A DNA stretch of 64,000 nucleotides. Origin: Neoechinorhynchus agilis (taxonomy: Eukaryota; Animalia; Acanthocephala). Shown piece after piece: positions 49,201-62,551 of the stretch. The position numbers and the translations under genes are program-made. Under the pieces are notes generated by a model, which saw only the letters and a program-made list of their open reading frames with translations, searched no databases and had not been told where the DNA came from. The stretch is from NCBI GenBank assembly GCA_051530055.1, contig CM121341.1, forward strand, positions 7,914,784 through 7,978,783, in the 5' to 3' direction. Each line of letters starts with the position of its first letter. Position 1 is the first letter of the stretch.

Positions 49201-52200
49201 AATTTTTTTAAAAATGAATGCGTTTGCTGCCAGAAAACAATCAAAATGAATAATTTTAATCTTCAAACACTCAAATAAGTGCTCAGTTTAATTTTCGATT
49301 TGTTTCGTCCACTTACTGCTCGATTTGTTCATAAAAAATATCAAGAAAATCCTCAATTTTAAGTCCGTCGCCCATTAACTTAAGAAATATGGGTCTTTGT
49401 GGGTTTTCGCCTTCAAATTTTTTTAAGAATGAATGCGTTTGCTGTTAGAAAACAATCAAAATGAATAATTTTAATCTTCAAACACTCAAATAAGTGCTCA
49501 GTTTAATTTTCGATTTGTTTCGTCCACTTACTGCTCGATTTGTTCATAAAAAATATCAAGAAAATCCTCAATTTTAAGTCCGTCGCCCATTAACTTAAGA
49601 AATATGGGTCTTTGTGGGTTTTCGCCTTCAAATTTTTTTAAAAATGAATGCGTTTGCTGCCAGAAAACAATCAAAATGAATAATTTTAATCTTCAAACAC
49701 TCAAATAAGTGCTCAGTTTAATTTTCGATTTGTTTCGTCCACTTACTGCTCGATTTGTTCATAAAAAATATCAAGCAATCCTCAATTTTAAGTCCGTCGC
49801 CCATTAACTTAAGAAATATGGGTCTTTGTGGGTTTTCGCCTTCAAATTTTTTTAAAAATGAATGCGTTTGCTGCCAGAAAACAATCAAAATGAATAATTT
49901 TAATCTTCAAACACTCAAATAAGTGCTCAGTTTAATTTTCGATTTGTTTCGTCCACTTACTGCTCGATTTGTTCATAAAAAATATCAAGAAATCCTCAAT
50001 TTTAAGTCCGTCGCCCATTAACTTAAGAAATATGGGTCTTTGTGGGTTTTCGCCTTCAATTTTTTTAAAATGAATGCGTTTGCTGCCAGAAAACAATCAA
50101 AATGAATAATTTTAATCTTCAAACACTCAAATAAGTGCTCAGTTTAATTTTCGATTTGTTTCGTCCACTTACTGCTCGATTTGTTCATAAAAAATATCAA
50201 GAATCCTCAATTTTAAGTCCGTCGCCCATTAACTTAAGAAATATGGGTCTTTGTGGGTTTTCGCCTTCAAATTTTTAAAATGAATGCGTTTGCTGAGAAA
50301 ACAATCAAAATGAATAATTTTAATCTTCAAACACTCAAATAAGTGCTAGTTAATTTTCGATTTGTTTCGTCCACTTACTGCTCGATTTGTTCATAAAAAA
50401 TATCAAGAAATCCTCAATTTTAAGTCCGTCGCCCATTAACTTAAGAAATATGGGTCTTTGTGGGTTTTCGCCTTCAAATTTTTTTGAAAATGAATGCGTT
50501 TGCTGCCAGAAAACAATCAAAATGAATAATTTTAATCTTCAAACACTCAAATAAGTGCTCAGTTTAATTTTCGATTTGTTTCGTCCACTTACTGCTCGAT
50601 TTGTTCATAAAAAATATCAAGAAAATCCTCAATTTTAAGTCCGTCGCCCATTAACTTAAGAAGTATGGGTCTTTGTGGGTTTTCGCCTTCAAATTTTTTT
50701 AAAAATGAATGCGTTTGCTTTTAATTTTTTTAAACGAGTGCTTTTACAATTGATTACCGTGCAATTTAGACACTAACAAGACTTTCCAATCGTATATTTG
50801 AAAACATGGAATTCTATCAACTTCTACCCTTGCTTGTTTCCACTTGTCTCAGTATCGGCAAATCTTGCTCAAACAACGCCCTAAGCCGTCATTCTCGGAA
50901 ATGCGTTAATTTCCTCTTCAATCACATTATTTACCGCTATAATGGGATCGACAATTGTTCGCGATTGATTGCTCTAGTAACCGAGAGTACAGTGAAGGCA
51001 GCGTTGATGATTGTTGCAAATCAAAATCGCAGATCTGGTACGGATTCCAAGGAGCTAAGAAGTTCTCAAAACATCCTTCTTTGTTCAATCGGGCAACTCG
51101 CTAGACTCGTAATTGAAGTAGACGACAACATTGCTAAAGTTATCGATGATACATCAATTGGGTTTCTACACACAATTCAGACTATTTTACAAACGAGAAC
51201 TCGTAGCATTCAACTTTCAGCTGCTAATCTTGTTTGGGAGATTACTAAAGTCGTTCCGAATGCAATCAAGACTCTCGTTATGAAACAATGGCTTCCACGT
51301 TTGGATTCAAGTGGAGAACGAGAAGGTTATTCTTATTGCTCGGCTGCAGCTATTTACGCGAATAAAGAAACTCGTGCCTTTCCTCAGGGTGCAATTGAGG
51401 TTTGATATGCTTTTTCGATAAAATGAACTTAAAACAATTCTCATCTGATAGGTTGCTCATTCGATCGCACAAGATTTGATAAAAGCACAACGGTGTTTGA
51501 AACCGGACCAAAGGAAAGCATCGTCCATTCATTCTGGATGGGTATTAATTTCCTCAACCGTGGACCACCTCCTCCTTCAAAAGTTGGTAAAACTTATTGT
51601 GAACCCTTTTTTTTGATTTTACAAAAAGCGACGAGAACTTCACGATGAATGGGAATTTCTTAACTTCAGAACAAGCAATATCCGCTGTTGTTGATCTTAT
51701 AGAACAAGACTTCCTTTTTGGTATGAAAAATTTCGATTGTATGACTTTGATTGGAAAACTTGGAGCTCTTACATGTAAGTTGTTGACAGTTAAGCGAACT
51801 TGTTGTTTTTGAACAAAGCAAACAAAAGTGAAGCTTTATCGCACAATTGGCTTCAACCAAGGTCGTCAAAGTGCACATCGTCCTAGTCAAAAAAAAGAAA
51901 TAGTTTTTGCAATTATTATGGTTTTTGCTTAAAGACGTTCTGTGAACCTCGTCGGGTTCATCATCTGTTCTAAAATACAAGTGGATAAGTGTATAACTGA
52001 TAATGAACCAAACGAGGTTCACAGAACGTCTTTTTAATCGAAATAATCATTTACCGCTCGGTTGTAGACTTCTAACCATAATAATTCTCTAATCACATTC
52101 CACCCCCCCCGGTACCTCACATATCGACATTTTTGAAATAGTTTTTAAATTTTAATAGTTCGACAACAATTGGAATTAGATTTTTTGAAACATGCAATAA

Positions 52201-55200
52201 TGATTAAATCTGTCTTTATTCTTTTTAGGCTATAAAACTATTATTGAGCACAATATCTTCCCCAAAATCACATCCAATCGCCGAGTTGTCGTTTCGAAAG
52301 CATTATCTTATCTTATGGCATACAACGAGTTATCTTTTTTACCACAACCAGCACCGATTGATGACCGAACTCAGTACCTCCGCAGTCTATTTGAACTTCG
52401 ACTACTACAAGTCCTTCGTCTTCAAATGAGCTTTCATAAACTTTCAGGTAAGTTCATTAAAGAGCAAATTTACGCCTTTTGAATTTAATTCCAATAGTTA
52501 CAGTAAAGAAATGGATTCAAAACCGCTTGTTAATCAACGTCCTATTAGGTCCGTTGACAGACGAAGCTCTCATCTTACAGTCTCCTGAAGCTCAAGGGGA
52601 CTGTGCTCTTTGTATTCAAACTGAAATCTATGCCAATATCCTCCCCGTAAATTCTCGTGTCCTTTCATCTATTGATTCATCGTTAATTAGTCTTGAAATA
52701 AGTCAGAGGTTCTTGTTCTAGTTTAATGATTAAGAATCTATGGCAAAGACGAGTCCGAAAGGGATATGTACAACTTTGTAGATAGTGGAAATCACCACAG
52801 TGTCCTTATGGATATATCGTTTAATTCGGCTCAGTTGTTATGTCAAATGGCGAATTATAAATGTGATGCTTTAAATGATATATGGATAGAAGTATTGAAG
52901 ATGCAGAATCTTAAGTCATCAATCTCTGACTCTAATGAAAAATATCCGGTTCTGTGGATGGCTTGTGTAATTGTTGAACGAATGCGATTCGACGATTCTA
53001 TCGATTGCCGGTCGCTTGAAACTGCTCTAAAGGATGCATTGTTCGATCGTGCTATGGATAATAATGAAAAACTTAGTGTTCGGATGCATTCTGCTAAAGT
53101 CCTTGGAATATTGTGTAGGCGAGCTAAACGACCAACTTGGTTACCAACTCTATGCGAGATTTTAAAACATAAAATTGCTGCCGAGACTGATGGACCAAGT
53201 CGGATTGTTGAGATTTATTCCGTTGCGGTGCTTTATAGGAATTGTAGTGGATACCAAAGGACAGATTGGGATTCAGTTGTAAATCTTTTTATCAACGTCG
53301 TCAAGGTTGAAACCAACATATACGTTCAGGTTTGTAGTCGAATTTTTTAAGCTTTATCTCGTTTCTAAGAATTTGTCTAACACTTTCAAAATTTATCTTT
53401 CTCTCTAACGAACGATTTCTATTCGTTTTTAATGATTATTATTAATATCCATTAACAAAATCGGAATGAAAAAAACCCACACTTTAAAATATTTCAGAAG
53501 CTCGACTTTTAACAAGTTCCATAATCATTTTAAGAAGTTTCAAGTCTCTTAGGACACTTGAAAATAGGCAAAGTTTTACAAAAACAGACGATTTTCATTT
53601 GATATCGCTGATGATGTTCTTTGATTTTACGATAAAAAACTGTTTAGACGTGGGTACTTCGATCTCTCGGTCTAATAATCGACGGTTGCGGTCTAATGTA
53701 CCTTCCTCGTACTTTAAGTATAAAATATTTCAGAAGCTCGACTTTTAACAAGTTCCATAATCATTTTAAGAAGTTTCAAGTCTCTTAGGACACTTGAAAA
53801 TAGGCCAAGTTTGACAAAAACAGACGATCTTAATTTGAAATCGCTGATGATGTTCGTTGATTTTACGATAAAAAACTGTTTAGACGTGGGTACTTCGATC
53901 TCTCGGTCTAATAATCGACGGTTGCGGTTTAATGTACCTTCCTCGTACTTTAAGTATAAAATATTTCAGAAGCTCGACTTTTAACAAGTTCCATAATCAT
54001 TTTAAGAAGTTTCAAGTCTCTTAGGACACTTGAAAATAGGCAAAGTTTGACAAAAACAGACGATCTTAATTTGATATCGCTGATGATGTTCGTTGATTTT
54101 ACGATAAAAAACTGTTTAGACGTGGGTACTTCGATCTCTCGGTCTAATAATCGACGGTTGCGGTTTAATGTACCTTCCTCGTACTTTAAGTATAAAATAT
54201 TTCAGAAGCTCGACTTTTAACAAGTTCCATAATCATTTTAAGAAGTTTCAAGTCTCTTAGGACACTTGAAAATAGGCAAAGTTTGACAAAAACAGACGAT
54301 CTTAATTTGAAATCGCTGATGATGTTCGTTGATTTTACGATAAAAAACTGTTTAGACGTGGGTACTTCGATCTCTCGGTCTAATAATCGACGGTTGCGGT
54401 TTAATGTACCTTCCTCGTACTTTAAGTATAAAATATTTCAGAAGCTCGACTTTTAACAAGTTCCATAATCATTTTAAGAAGTTTCAAGTCTCTTAGGACA
54501 CTTGAAAATAGGCAAAGTTTGACAAAAACAGACGATCTTAATTTGATATCGCTGATGATGTTCGTTGATTTTACGATAAAAAACTGTTTAGACGTGGGTA
54601 CTTCGATCTCTCGGTCTAATAATCGACGGTTGCGGTTTAATGTACCTTCCTCATATTAATGTTACAATGATGCTTTTGATCGGAGTGCTTCTCAATCATT
54701 CGGTCGATTCAACGGTCGACGATGAAAACCGGATAAAGCAGAGTATAATGAGGATACTTGCATCGTGTATAACCCTCATCGGTCCCGAAATCAAGGACTC
54801 AACATGGTCACAATTTAGACACGATACTCGTTTTGTTTGTTCAATGATCATGAGTAGTTCTACTGAAATGGGATTAAGTGATAATATTTCCCATTCAATC
54901 TATCTTTACTGTCTTGAACAACTCCATATTTTTTGTCCTGATGAATTCAATTTACAAGATATCCTTTGTCAGTTGTGGGTTAGTTTTTAGTCAGAAAGTT
55001 ACTATTATCTTTCACACTCTTTTTGTTTTAGATTGGACTTCAAAGTGATGATTTCATTATAAGGTGCAAATCACTTCAGTGTTTAAGACAGTTGTGCCAA
55101 CGAGAAGCCTATTGTGTATCTGATTATATCAGCAAATTGGATAACGATCGTGTGGCTGCACTTGAAGGTTTGTTAACTTCCTCGTGAAAATAAGTTTCAT

Positions 55201-58200
55201 ATTGTCTCATGGAAAAATTATTATTGTTGATCGACAAACTGTTGAAATGAAATTTTTTTTTAAATTATATTATCATTTTGAATAGATAATCCATTGTTAT
55301 TTGTCGATAGGAAAAAATAAATGAAATTAAGATTTTATTGGATATTTCGATCCACTATCTCGGATCCGCGTGAATTCAATCGCTGAAGAAGAGCCGAGAT
55401 AGTGGATCGAAATATCCAATAAAATCTTAATTTCATTTTGAAAAGATAATCCATTGTTATTTGTCGATAGGAAAAAATAAATGAAATTAAGATTTTATTG
55501 GATATTTCGATCCACTATCTCGGATCCGCGTGAATTGAATCGCTGAAGAAGAGCCGAGATAGTGGATCGAAATATCCAATAAAATCTTAATTTCATTTTG
55601 AAAAGATAATCCATTGTTATTTGTCGATAGGAGAAAATGAAATTAAGATTTTATTGGATATTTCGATCCACTATCTCGGATCCGCGTGAATTGAATCGCT
55701 GAAGAAGAGCCGAGATAGTGGATCGAAATATCCAATAAAATCTTAATTTCATTTTGAAAAGATAATCCATTGTTATTTGTCGATAGGAAAAAATAAATGA
55801 AATTAAGATTTTATTGGATATTTCGATCCACTATCTCGGATCCGCGTGAATTCAATCGCTGAAGAAGAGCCGAGATAGTGGATCGAAATATCCAATAAAA
55901 TCTTAATATTTTGAAAAGATAATCCATTGTTATTGTCGATAGGAAAAAATAAATGAAATTAAGATTTTATTGGATATTTCGATCCACTATCTCGGATCCG
56001 CGTGAATTGAATCGCTGAAGAAGAGCCGAGATAGTGGATCGAAATATCAATAAAATCTTAATTTCATTTTGAAAGATAATCCATTGTTATTTGTCGATAG
56101 GAAAAAATAAATAAATTAAGATTTTATTGGATATTTCGATCCACTATCTCGGATCCGCGTGAATTGAATCGCTGAAGAAGAGCCGAGATAGTGGATCGAA
56201 ATATCCAATAAAATCTTAATTTCATTTTGAAAAGATAATCCATTGTTATTTGTCGATAGGAGAAAATGAAATTAAGATTTTATTGGATATTTCGATCCAC
56301 TATCTCGGATCCGCGTGAATTGAATCGCTGAAGAAGAGCCGAGATAGTGGATCGAAATATCCAATAAAATCTTAATTTCATTTTGAAAAGATAATCCATT
56401 GTTATTTGTCGATAGGAGAAAATGAAATTAAGATTTTATTGGATATTTCGATCCACTATCTCGGATCCGCGTGAATTGAATCGCTGAAGAAGAGCCGAGA
56501 TAGTGGATCGAAATATCCAATAAAATTTCATTTTGAAAAGATAATCCATTGTTATTTGTCGATAGGAAAAAATTGAAATTAAGATTTTATTGGATATTTC
56601 GATCCACTATCTCGGATCCGCGTGAATTGAATCGCTGAAGAAGAGCCGAGATAGTGGATCGAAATATCCAATAAAATCTTAATTTCATTTTGAAAAGATA
56701 ATCCATTGTTATTTGTCGATAGGAGAAAATGAAATTAAGATTTTATTGGATATTTCGATCCACTATCTCGGATCCGCGTGAATTGAATCGCTGAAGAAGA
56801 GCCGAGATAGTGGATCGAGATATCCAATAAAATCTTAATTTCATTTTCTCCTATCGACAAATATATTATCATTTGTTGGGTTGTCGAAATAAAAAGTCAA
56901 ACAGTATCCTTGCCATAAAATCGATATAATTTCATGTTTTTAGAGTATTTGTTCCACATGCTCGATCGGGAAAGAGATGAAAAGTTTAAAGAAGAAGTTA
57001 AGGATACACTATATTTACTCCTATTATCCGTCTCACCTCTAACAATGTCCATGTGGATTTCACTTCTATCTCGCATATTAATTTCAAGTGGAGCGATTCT
57101 GAATACTTCTCAAAGTATACAATCGGAAAAGGATAATGATCATGAAGATGACGATAGCGTTCTCAAACGAGACGAATCCAGCATCCATGGTCGGTCAAGA
57201 GAAATTGGAGGGTTTTGTGGATGGAGAAGTCGATCGTTTGCCGCTGAATGTGTACTGGAGCTCCTCGGGGAAGGCCAAATGCCTAAATTAAAAGATCCTA
57301 GCCACTACATGATAGACGAAGCCAAATCTAACCGAAAAGCGAATCCTGATCATTCATATTTGGTTCTACATATTTCTGATTTAATCCGATTGGCATTTAT
57401 GTCGACCACATCGTCGTCCTCCACCTCCGCTGCTCATTATGGGCTACGTATATTGATGGCAATCGTTGATTTGTTTGGAAATGTAAAAGACGAAGACGAG
57501 TATATCCTTAGTCAGCATGATACTCAGATTACAACAGCGATTTATCGCCTTCTCGAATCTTTGAATGAAGAAACGCTTCAGACTATGATCTATGATCTTT
57601 GTGCCAAATGGCTTTGCTCTACCGCTGCGATATCAAAATCAAGACTTTTGAAGGCGTTGTCAGATCGTTTCAGTTCCAAAGAAATACCTGGCGACAGTGA
57701 AGATTCGACAGCCATCAATGATTCCAATCGGATCAAGAACTACTTAGCCATGGTGCTTTTCTGGGCCAAAATGTACCTAAAAAATTCTAATCTTGTCGAG
57801 GACCAGTCAACGTGGCTCTTAACAAAGCTTGGACAACTTTGGGTTGAGACAATAATTGCTATTTATGACAATGATTGTAAATTATTCGCGACTCATCAAC
57901 CAATTGCGATCTTGCTGTGCTCATCAGCTAATCTACTAAAAAGAGGTGGATATAAAAGCGAATTTCATGTTTCAACCTACACGAAAAAACTACTTCACAA
58001 GGCTGTCCTTGTGAACCATACAAAAATCAATTCGAAGGATATTTTCGATATTATTTTAGGTAATAAGATCTTCTCAGTTAATGTAATTTTTCGATGTTCC
58101 AAATCTCATGTAAACTCAACGCTGATCAATAGCGATCATTATAATCTTGAGTGGCTTCGTGCTTTAGCTCGGTTACATAGAGAAACGAGCCCCGATCTTA

Positions 58201-59486
58201 GCTTTAATTTCATCCATAAAAAACCTCAGTTCGGGCAAAATTATGACATCTTCAAAAAAGAAACGATTTCTTTAATTTTTACGCTGAACGAAAAATTCCT
58301 CGGTCCGTTTTTACTTCTATTTTGTCAGATCAGGACGTTGAAGCATTTAGACAGTCAAAAAATCTTTTAAATCATCCTTACTTCTTCGCAGGAAAAACAG
58401 TTCAAATGCTCGATGATATGAACGTGAATAACATCGATACACAATACCAACTCGTTGAAACATTGATTGTCCTGGTGAACGCTCCACAGTCAGCCTTAAT
58501 TGATTACCAATCAGTATTACAACTGATAACATTGGCGCATAGGTTCGATCTTATTCGACATTTGAGTTCATTAACTCGACTTTAGATTGGGAAAGCGATT
58601 CAGGGAAGTTGCCAATGAACTGCTGAACTCAATATTAGGATCTATTGTTCAAAATAAAACTCTGATTTCAAAGGAAGTTGAATCACTTGGTTTCATTGGT
58701 CTTGAACCAATCGGTAAAAACTGTTCGGATTGCGATATCGCGAATGAAATGAAACGAGTTAAGATTTGCCTTGAGATTCGGCAAAATCGCGAATGGAAAC
58801 ACGGCGATGTATTTGAGTCGAAAGTCTTAAATCAGATTCTATCTCTTATAATAGACGAAAGGACATTTAGTGGATCCTACGATGCCCTTGGATATCTATG
58901 TCTAAGGTCTCAGCAATACCTCCTGATCAAAGTATCCAATCAGCTAGACAAAAAACCGAATCTATTCACAAAGGTCGTCATGATTATTCGTTACTGTTCC
59001 AAAGTTCCTAGTGAGGTAGTTGAGAGCATGCGGAGTTGTGGCGAGCGATTACTGCTGTCCGAAGATTCTAAAATTCAATCCCAGTGTCTTTTATCGATTT
59101 CTACTTTGTTTGTTCACGAATGTCAAAGTATGAGACGAACTGTTGGAGCAATGTTTCTTCGGTTCATCGAAACCCTCGAACGAGGAGATAAAATGCAAGG
59201 AATAATGCAGATCTGCGCTCTCGCTTATATTTCCTCCTTTTCTGAGAGGAACAAAAGTATGGATTGGTTTCGCTGCTGTTTTGATCATTGGATCTATTTA
59301 GGGCAAATCCTTATTCAATACATTATCACAAAATTCACATTTTTACAAATACCAACTATGGAAATTAGTATTCGCTATCAAGCTGAATACGAACACGTCC
59401 TAACAAATGCTGAATTGCCAATACAAGGCGCAAGTATTCGTACGAAGCGATCCGTTAGTCCGATTGACCTTAATAAATTCTTGTAA
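46217..59486 (+). CDS. HEATR5: HEAT repeat-containing protein 5 (HEATR5/Laa1), multi-exon with three array-expanded introns
   Basis: N-terminal ELLVD..EWL..KCN; YVQ/TWVLRSLGLIIDGCG; CITLIGPE; CLEQLHIFCP; CLRQLCQREA; LFHMLDRE; WRSRSFAAEC; LVLHISDLIRLAFM. Large introns at about 47270-50769, 53330-54591, 55170-56944. 3' end approximate. Confidence 0.85.
47944..50719. repeat. Intronic tandem array, about 214-bp unit, about 13 copies
   Basis: gccagaaaacaatc at 47944, 48158, 48372, 48587 and onward. Confidence 0.97.
53485..54652. repeat. Tandem array, 236-bp unit, 5 copies, each containing the HEATR5 splice acceptor and 61 nt of exon
   Basis: Unit starts at 53485, 53721, 53957, 54193, 54429; tttag/acgtgggtac acceptor ends at 53647, 53883, 54119, 54355, 54591. 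Confidence 0.95.
55266..56874. repeat. Intronic tandem array, about 157-bp palindromic unit, 10 copies, one hammerhead-like core per unit, 13-bp flanking direct repeat
   Basis: gataatccattg at 55286, 55445, 55605 through 56697; arms of about 45 bp around a 30-nt loop; tatattatcattt at 55266-55278 and 56862-56874. Confidence 0.95.
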
Positions 59487-59814
59487 TTTTGCACTTATAG
59501 AAAATCTTCTTTTTAAAAGCGAAATTGATGAAATTGACACTTGTCGTAGTCAAACAATAAAAAATCTTTTATATCATCAAAGGTACCTTTTCATTTTGCG
59601 GATTTAATTGAAATTCAAAACAAAATTGTTGTTTTCGTACGGTTTTATCAGCTTCAAAATGTAAAAAAATCCTATAATCGACAGTTTCATAAGGAACGCT
59701 AACGTTCATTTGTTCAAAAGGTTTTTAAATTTTGATGGATAAAATTACAAACCAATGGGTTTAAGATTGATTTTATTGGGAAAATCCACTTGGGATCTTT
59801 TGTTTTCAGCGACA

Positions 59815-62145
59815 TGTTTAAATTTGACTAGAATTATTGTTTAGAAGTCTTCATTTGGTCGTCTTTTAGTGAGCAAAAAACTTAGGATGAACTTGACGGG
59901 GTTGGTAGAGAACGTTTTTAATAAACTCTTTACTGCAAGTGAAGACTTCTATACCATTATTCTAGTTTATCGGCTTTTTTGTTTAAATTTGACTAGAATT
60001 ATTGTTTAGAAGTCTTCATTTGGTCGTCTTTTAGTAAGCAAAAAACTTAGGATGAACTTGACGGGGTTGGTAGAGAACGTTTTTAATAATCTCTTCACTG
60101 CAAGTGAAGACTTCTATACCATTATTCTAGTTTATCGGCTTTTTTGTTTAAATTTGACTAGAATTATTGTTTAGAAGTCTTCATTTGGTCGTCTTTTAGT
60201 AAGCAAAAAACTTAGGATGAACTTGACGAGGTTGGTAGAGAAGGTTTTTAATAAACTCTTTACTGCAAGTGAAGACTTCTATACCATTATTCTAGTTTAT
60301 CGGCTTTTTTGTTTAAATTTGACTAGAATTATTGTTTAGAAGTCTTCATTTGGTCGTCTTTTAGTAAGCAAAAAACTTAGGATGAACTTGACGAGGTTGG
60401 TAGAGAACGTTTTTAATAAACTCTTTACTGCAAGTGAAGACTTCTATACAATTATTCTAGTTTATTGGCATTTTTTGTTTAAATTTGACTAGAATTATCG
60501 TTTAGAAGTCTTCATTTGGTCGTCTTTTAGTAAGCAAAAAACTTAGGATGAACTTGACGGGGTTGGCAGAGAACGTTTTTAATAAACTCTTTACTGCAAG
60601 TGAAGACTTCTATACCATTATTCTAGTTTATCGGCATTTTTTGTTTAAATTTGACTAGAATTATTGTTTAGAAGTCTTCATTTGGTCGTCTTTTAGTAAG
60701 CAAAAAACTTAGGATGAACCCGACGAGGTTGGCAGAGAACGTTTTTAATAAACTCTTTACTGCAAGTGAAGACTTCTATACCATTATTCTAGTTTATCGG
60801 CTTTTTTGTTTAAATTTGACTAGAATTATTGTTTAGAAGTCTTCATTTGGTCGTCTTTTAGTAAGCAAAAAACTTAGGATGAACTTGACGAGGTTGGCAG
60901 AGAACGTTTTTAATAAACTCTTTACTGCAAGTGAAGACTTCTATACCATTATTCTAGTTTATCGGCATTTTTTGTTTAAATTTGACTAGAATTATTGTTT
61001 AGAAGTCTTCATTTGGTCGTCTTTTAGTAAGCAAAAAACTTAGGATGAACCCGACGAGGTTGGCAGAGAACGTTTTTAATAAACTCTTTACTGCAAGTGA
61101 AGACTTCTATACCATTATTCTAGTTTATCGGCTTTTTTGTTTAAATTTGACTAGAATTATTGTTTAGAAGTCTTCATTTGGTCGTCTTTTAGTAAGCAAA
61201 AAACTTAGGATGAACTTGACGGGGTTGGCAGAGAACGTTTTTAATAAACTCTTTACTGCAAGTGAAGACTTCTATACTATTATTCTAGTTTATCGGCATT
61301 TTTTGTTTAAATTTGACTAGAATTATTGTTTAGAAGTCTTCATTTGGTCGTCTTTTAGTAAGCAAAAAACTTAGGATGAACCCGACGAGGTTGGCAGAGA
61401 ACGTTTTTAATAAACTCTTTACTGCAAGTGAAGACTTCTATACCATTATTCTAGTTTATCGGCTTTTTTTGTTTAAATTTGACTAGAATTATTGTTTAGA
61501 AGTCTTCATTTGGTCGTCTTTTAGTAAGCAAAAAACTTAGGATGAACTTGACGGGGTTGGTAGAGAACGTTTTTAATAAACTCTTTACTGCAAGTGAAGA
61601 CTTCTATACCATTATTCTAGTTTATCGGCATTTTTTGTTTAAATTTGACTAGAATTATTGTTTAGAATTCTTCATTTGGTCGTCTTTTAGTAAGCAAAAA
61701 ACTTGGGATGAACCCGACGAGGTTCCTAGAGAACCTTTTTAATAAACTCTTTACTGCAAGTGAAGACTTCTATACCATTATTCTAGTTTATCGGCTTTTT
61801 TTGTTTAAATTTGACTAGAATTATTGTTTAGAAGTCTTCATTTGGTCGTCTTTTAGTAAGCAAAAAACTTAGGATGAACTTGACGGGGTTGGCAGAGAAC
61901 GTTTTTAATAAACTCTTTACTGCAAGTGAAGACTTCTATACCATTATTCTAGTTTATCGGCTTTCTTTATTTAAATCTTACTAGAATTATTGTTTAGAAT
62001 TCTTCATTTGGTCGTCTTTTAGTAAGCAAAAAGCTTAGGATGAACTTGACGGGGTTGGTAGAGAACGTTTTTAATAATCTCTTCACTGCAAGTGAAGACT
62101 TCTAAACAATTATTCTAGTTTATCGGCTTTTCTTGTTTAAATTTG
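59815..62145. repeat. Tandem array, about 165-bp unit, about 14 copies, each with 26-bp terminal inverted repeats (MITE-like)
   Basis: ctagaattattgtttagaagtcttca ... tgaagacttcta(tacc/aaca)attattctag; unit starts at 59826, 59991, 60156 and onward. Confidence 0.95.
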
Positions 62146-62551
62146 ACAATTTTCTGCGACTAGTCAGCGGTCAGTACCATGACAAAATTCTCGTTTTTCG
62201 ATTTTGTAATAACTTTGCGATATTACGGCTTTATTTTTTTAAACCCAGATTTAACCAAAGAGAATTCATTTTCGTTGACTTTCTGGAGAATAAATTTTAC
62301 TAGTGAATACTCGATAGCACACCAAATCGTAAAATCGATAATTCGTTTAAATATCTCGCAGTTTAAGTTTAAAATAAAACAAGCAATAGTCTCGGACCAG
62401 TTCGGAATTGTTTATTTGTGTAGTAGGTATTGTTCACTCTCAATAAAAAGAACAGCATGAAAGCGTAGCATTTTTCACAGCATGAATAAGAGTGATGAAT
62501 CGTTTTCTTAAAAACCTTTTACTTTCTCTTCATTTCAGAAGTATCTGGACT

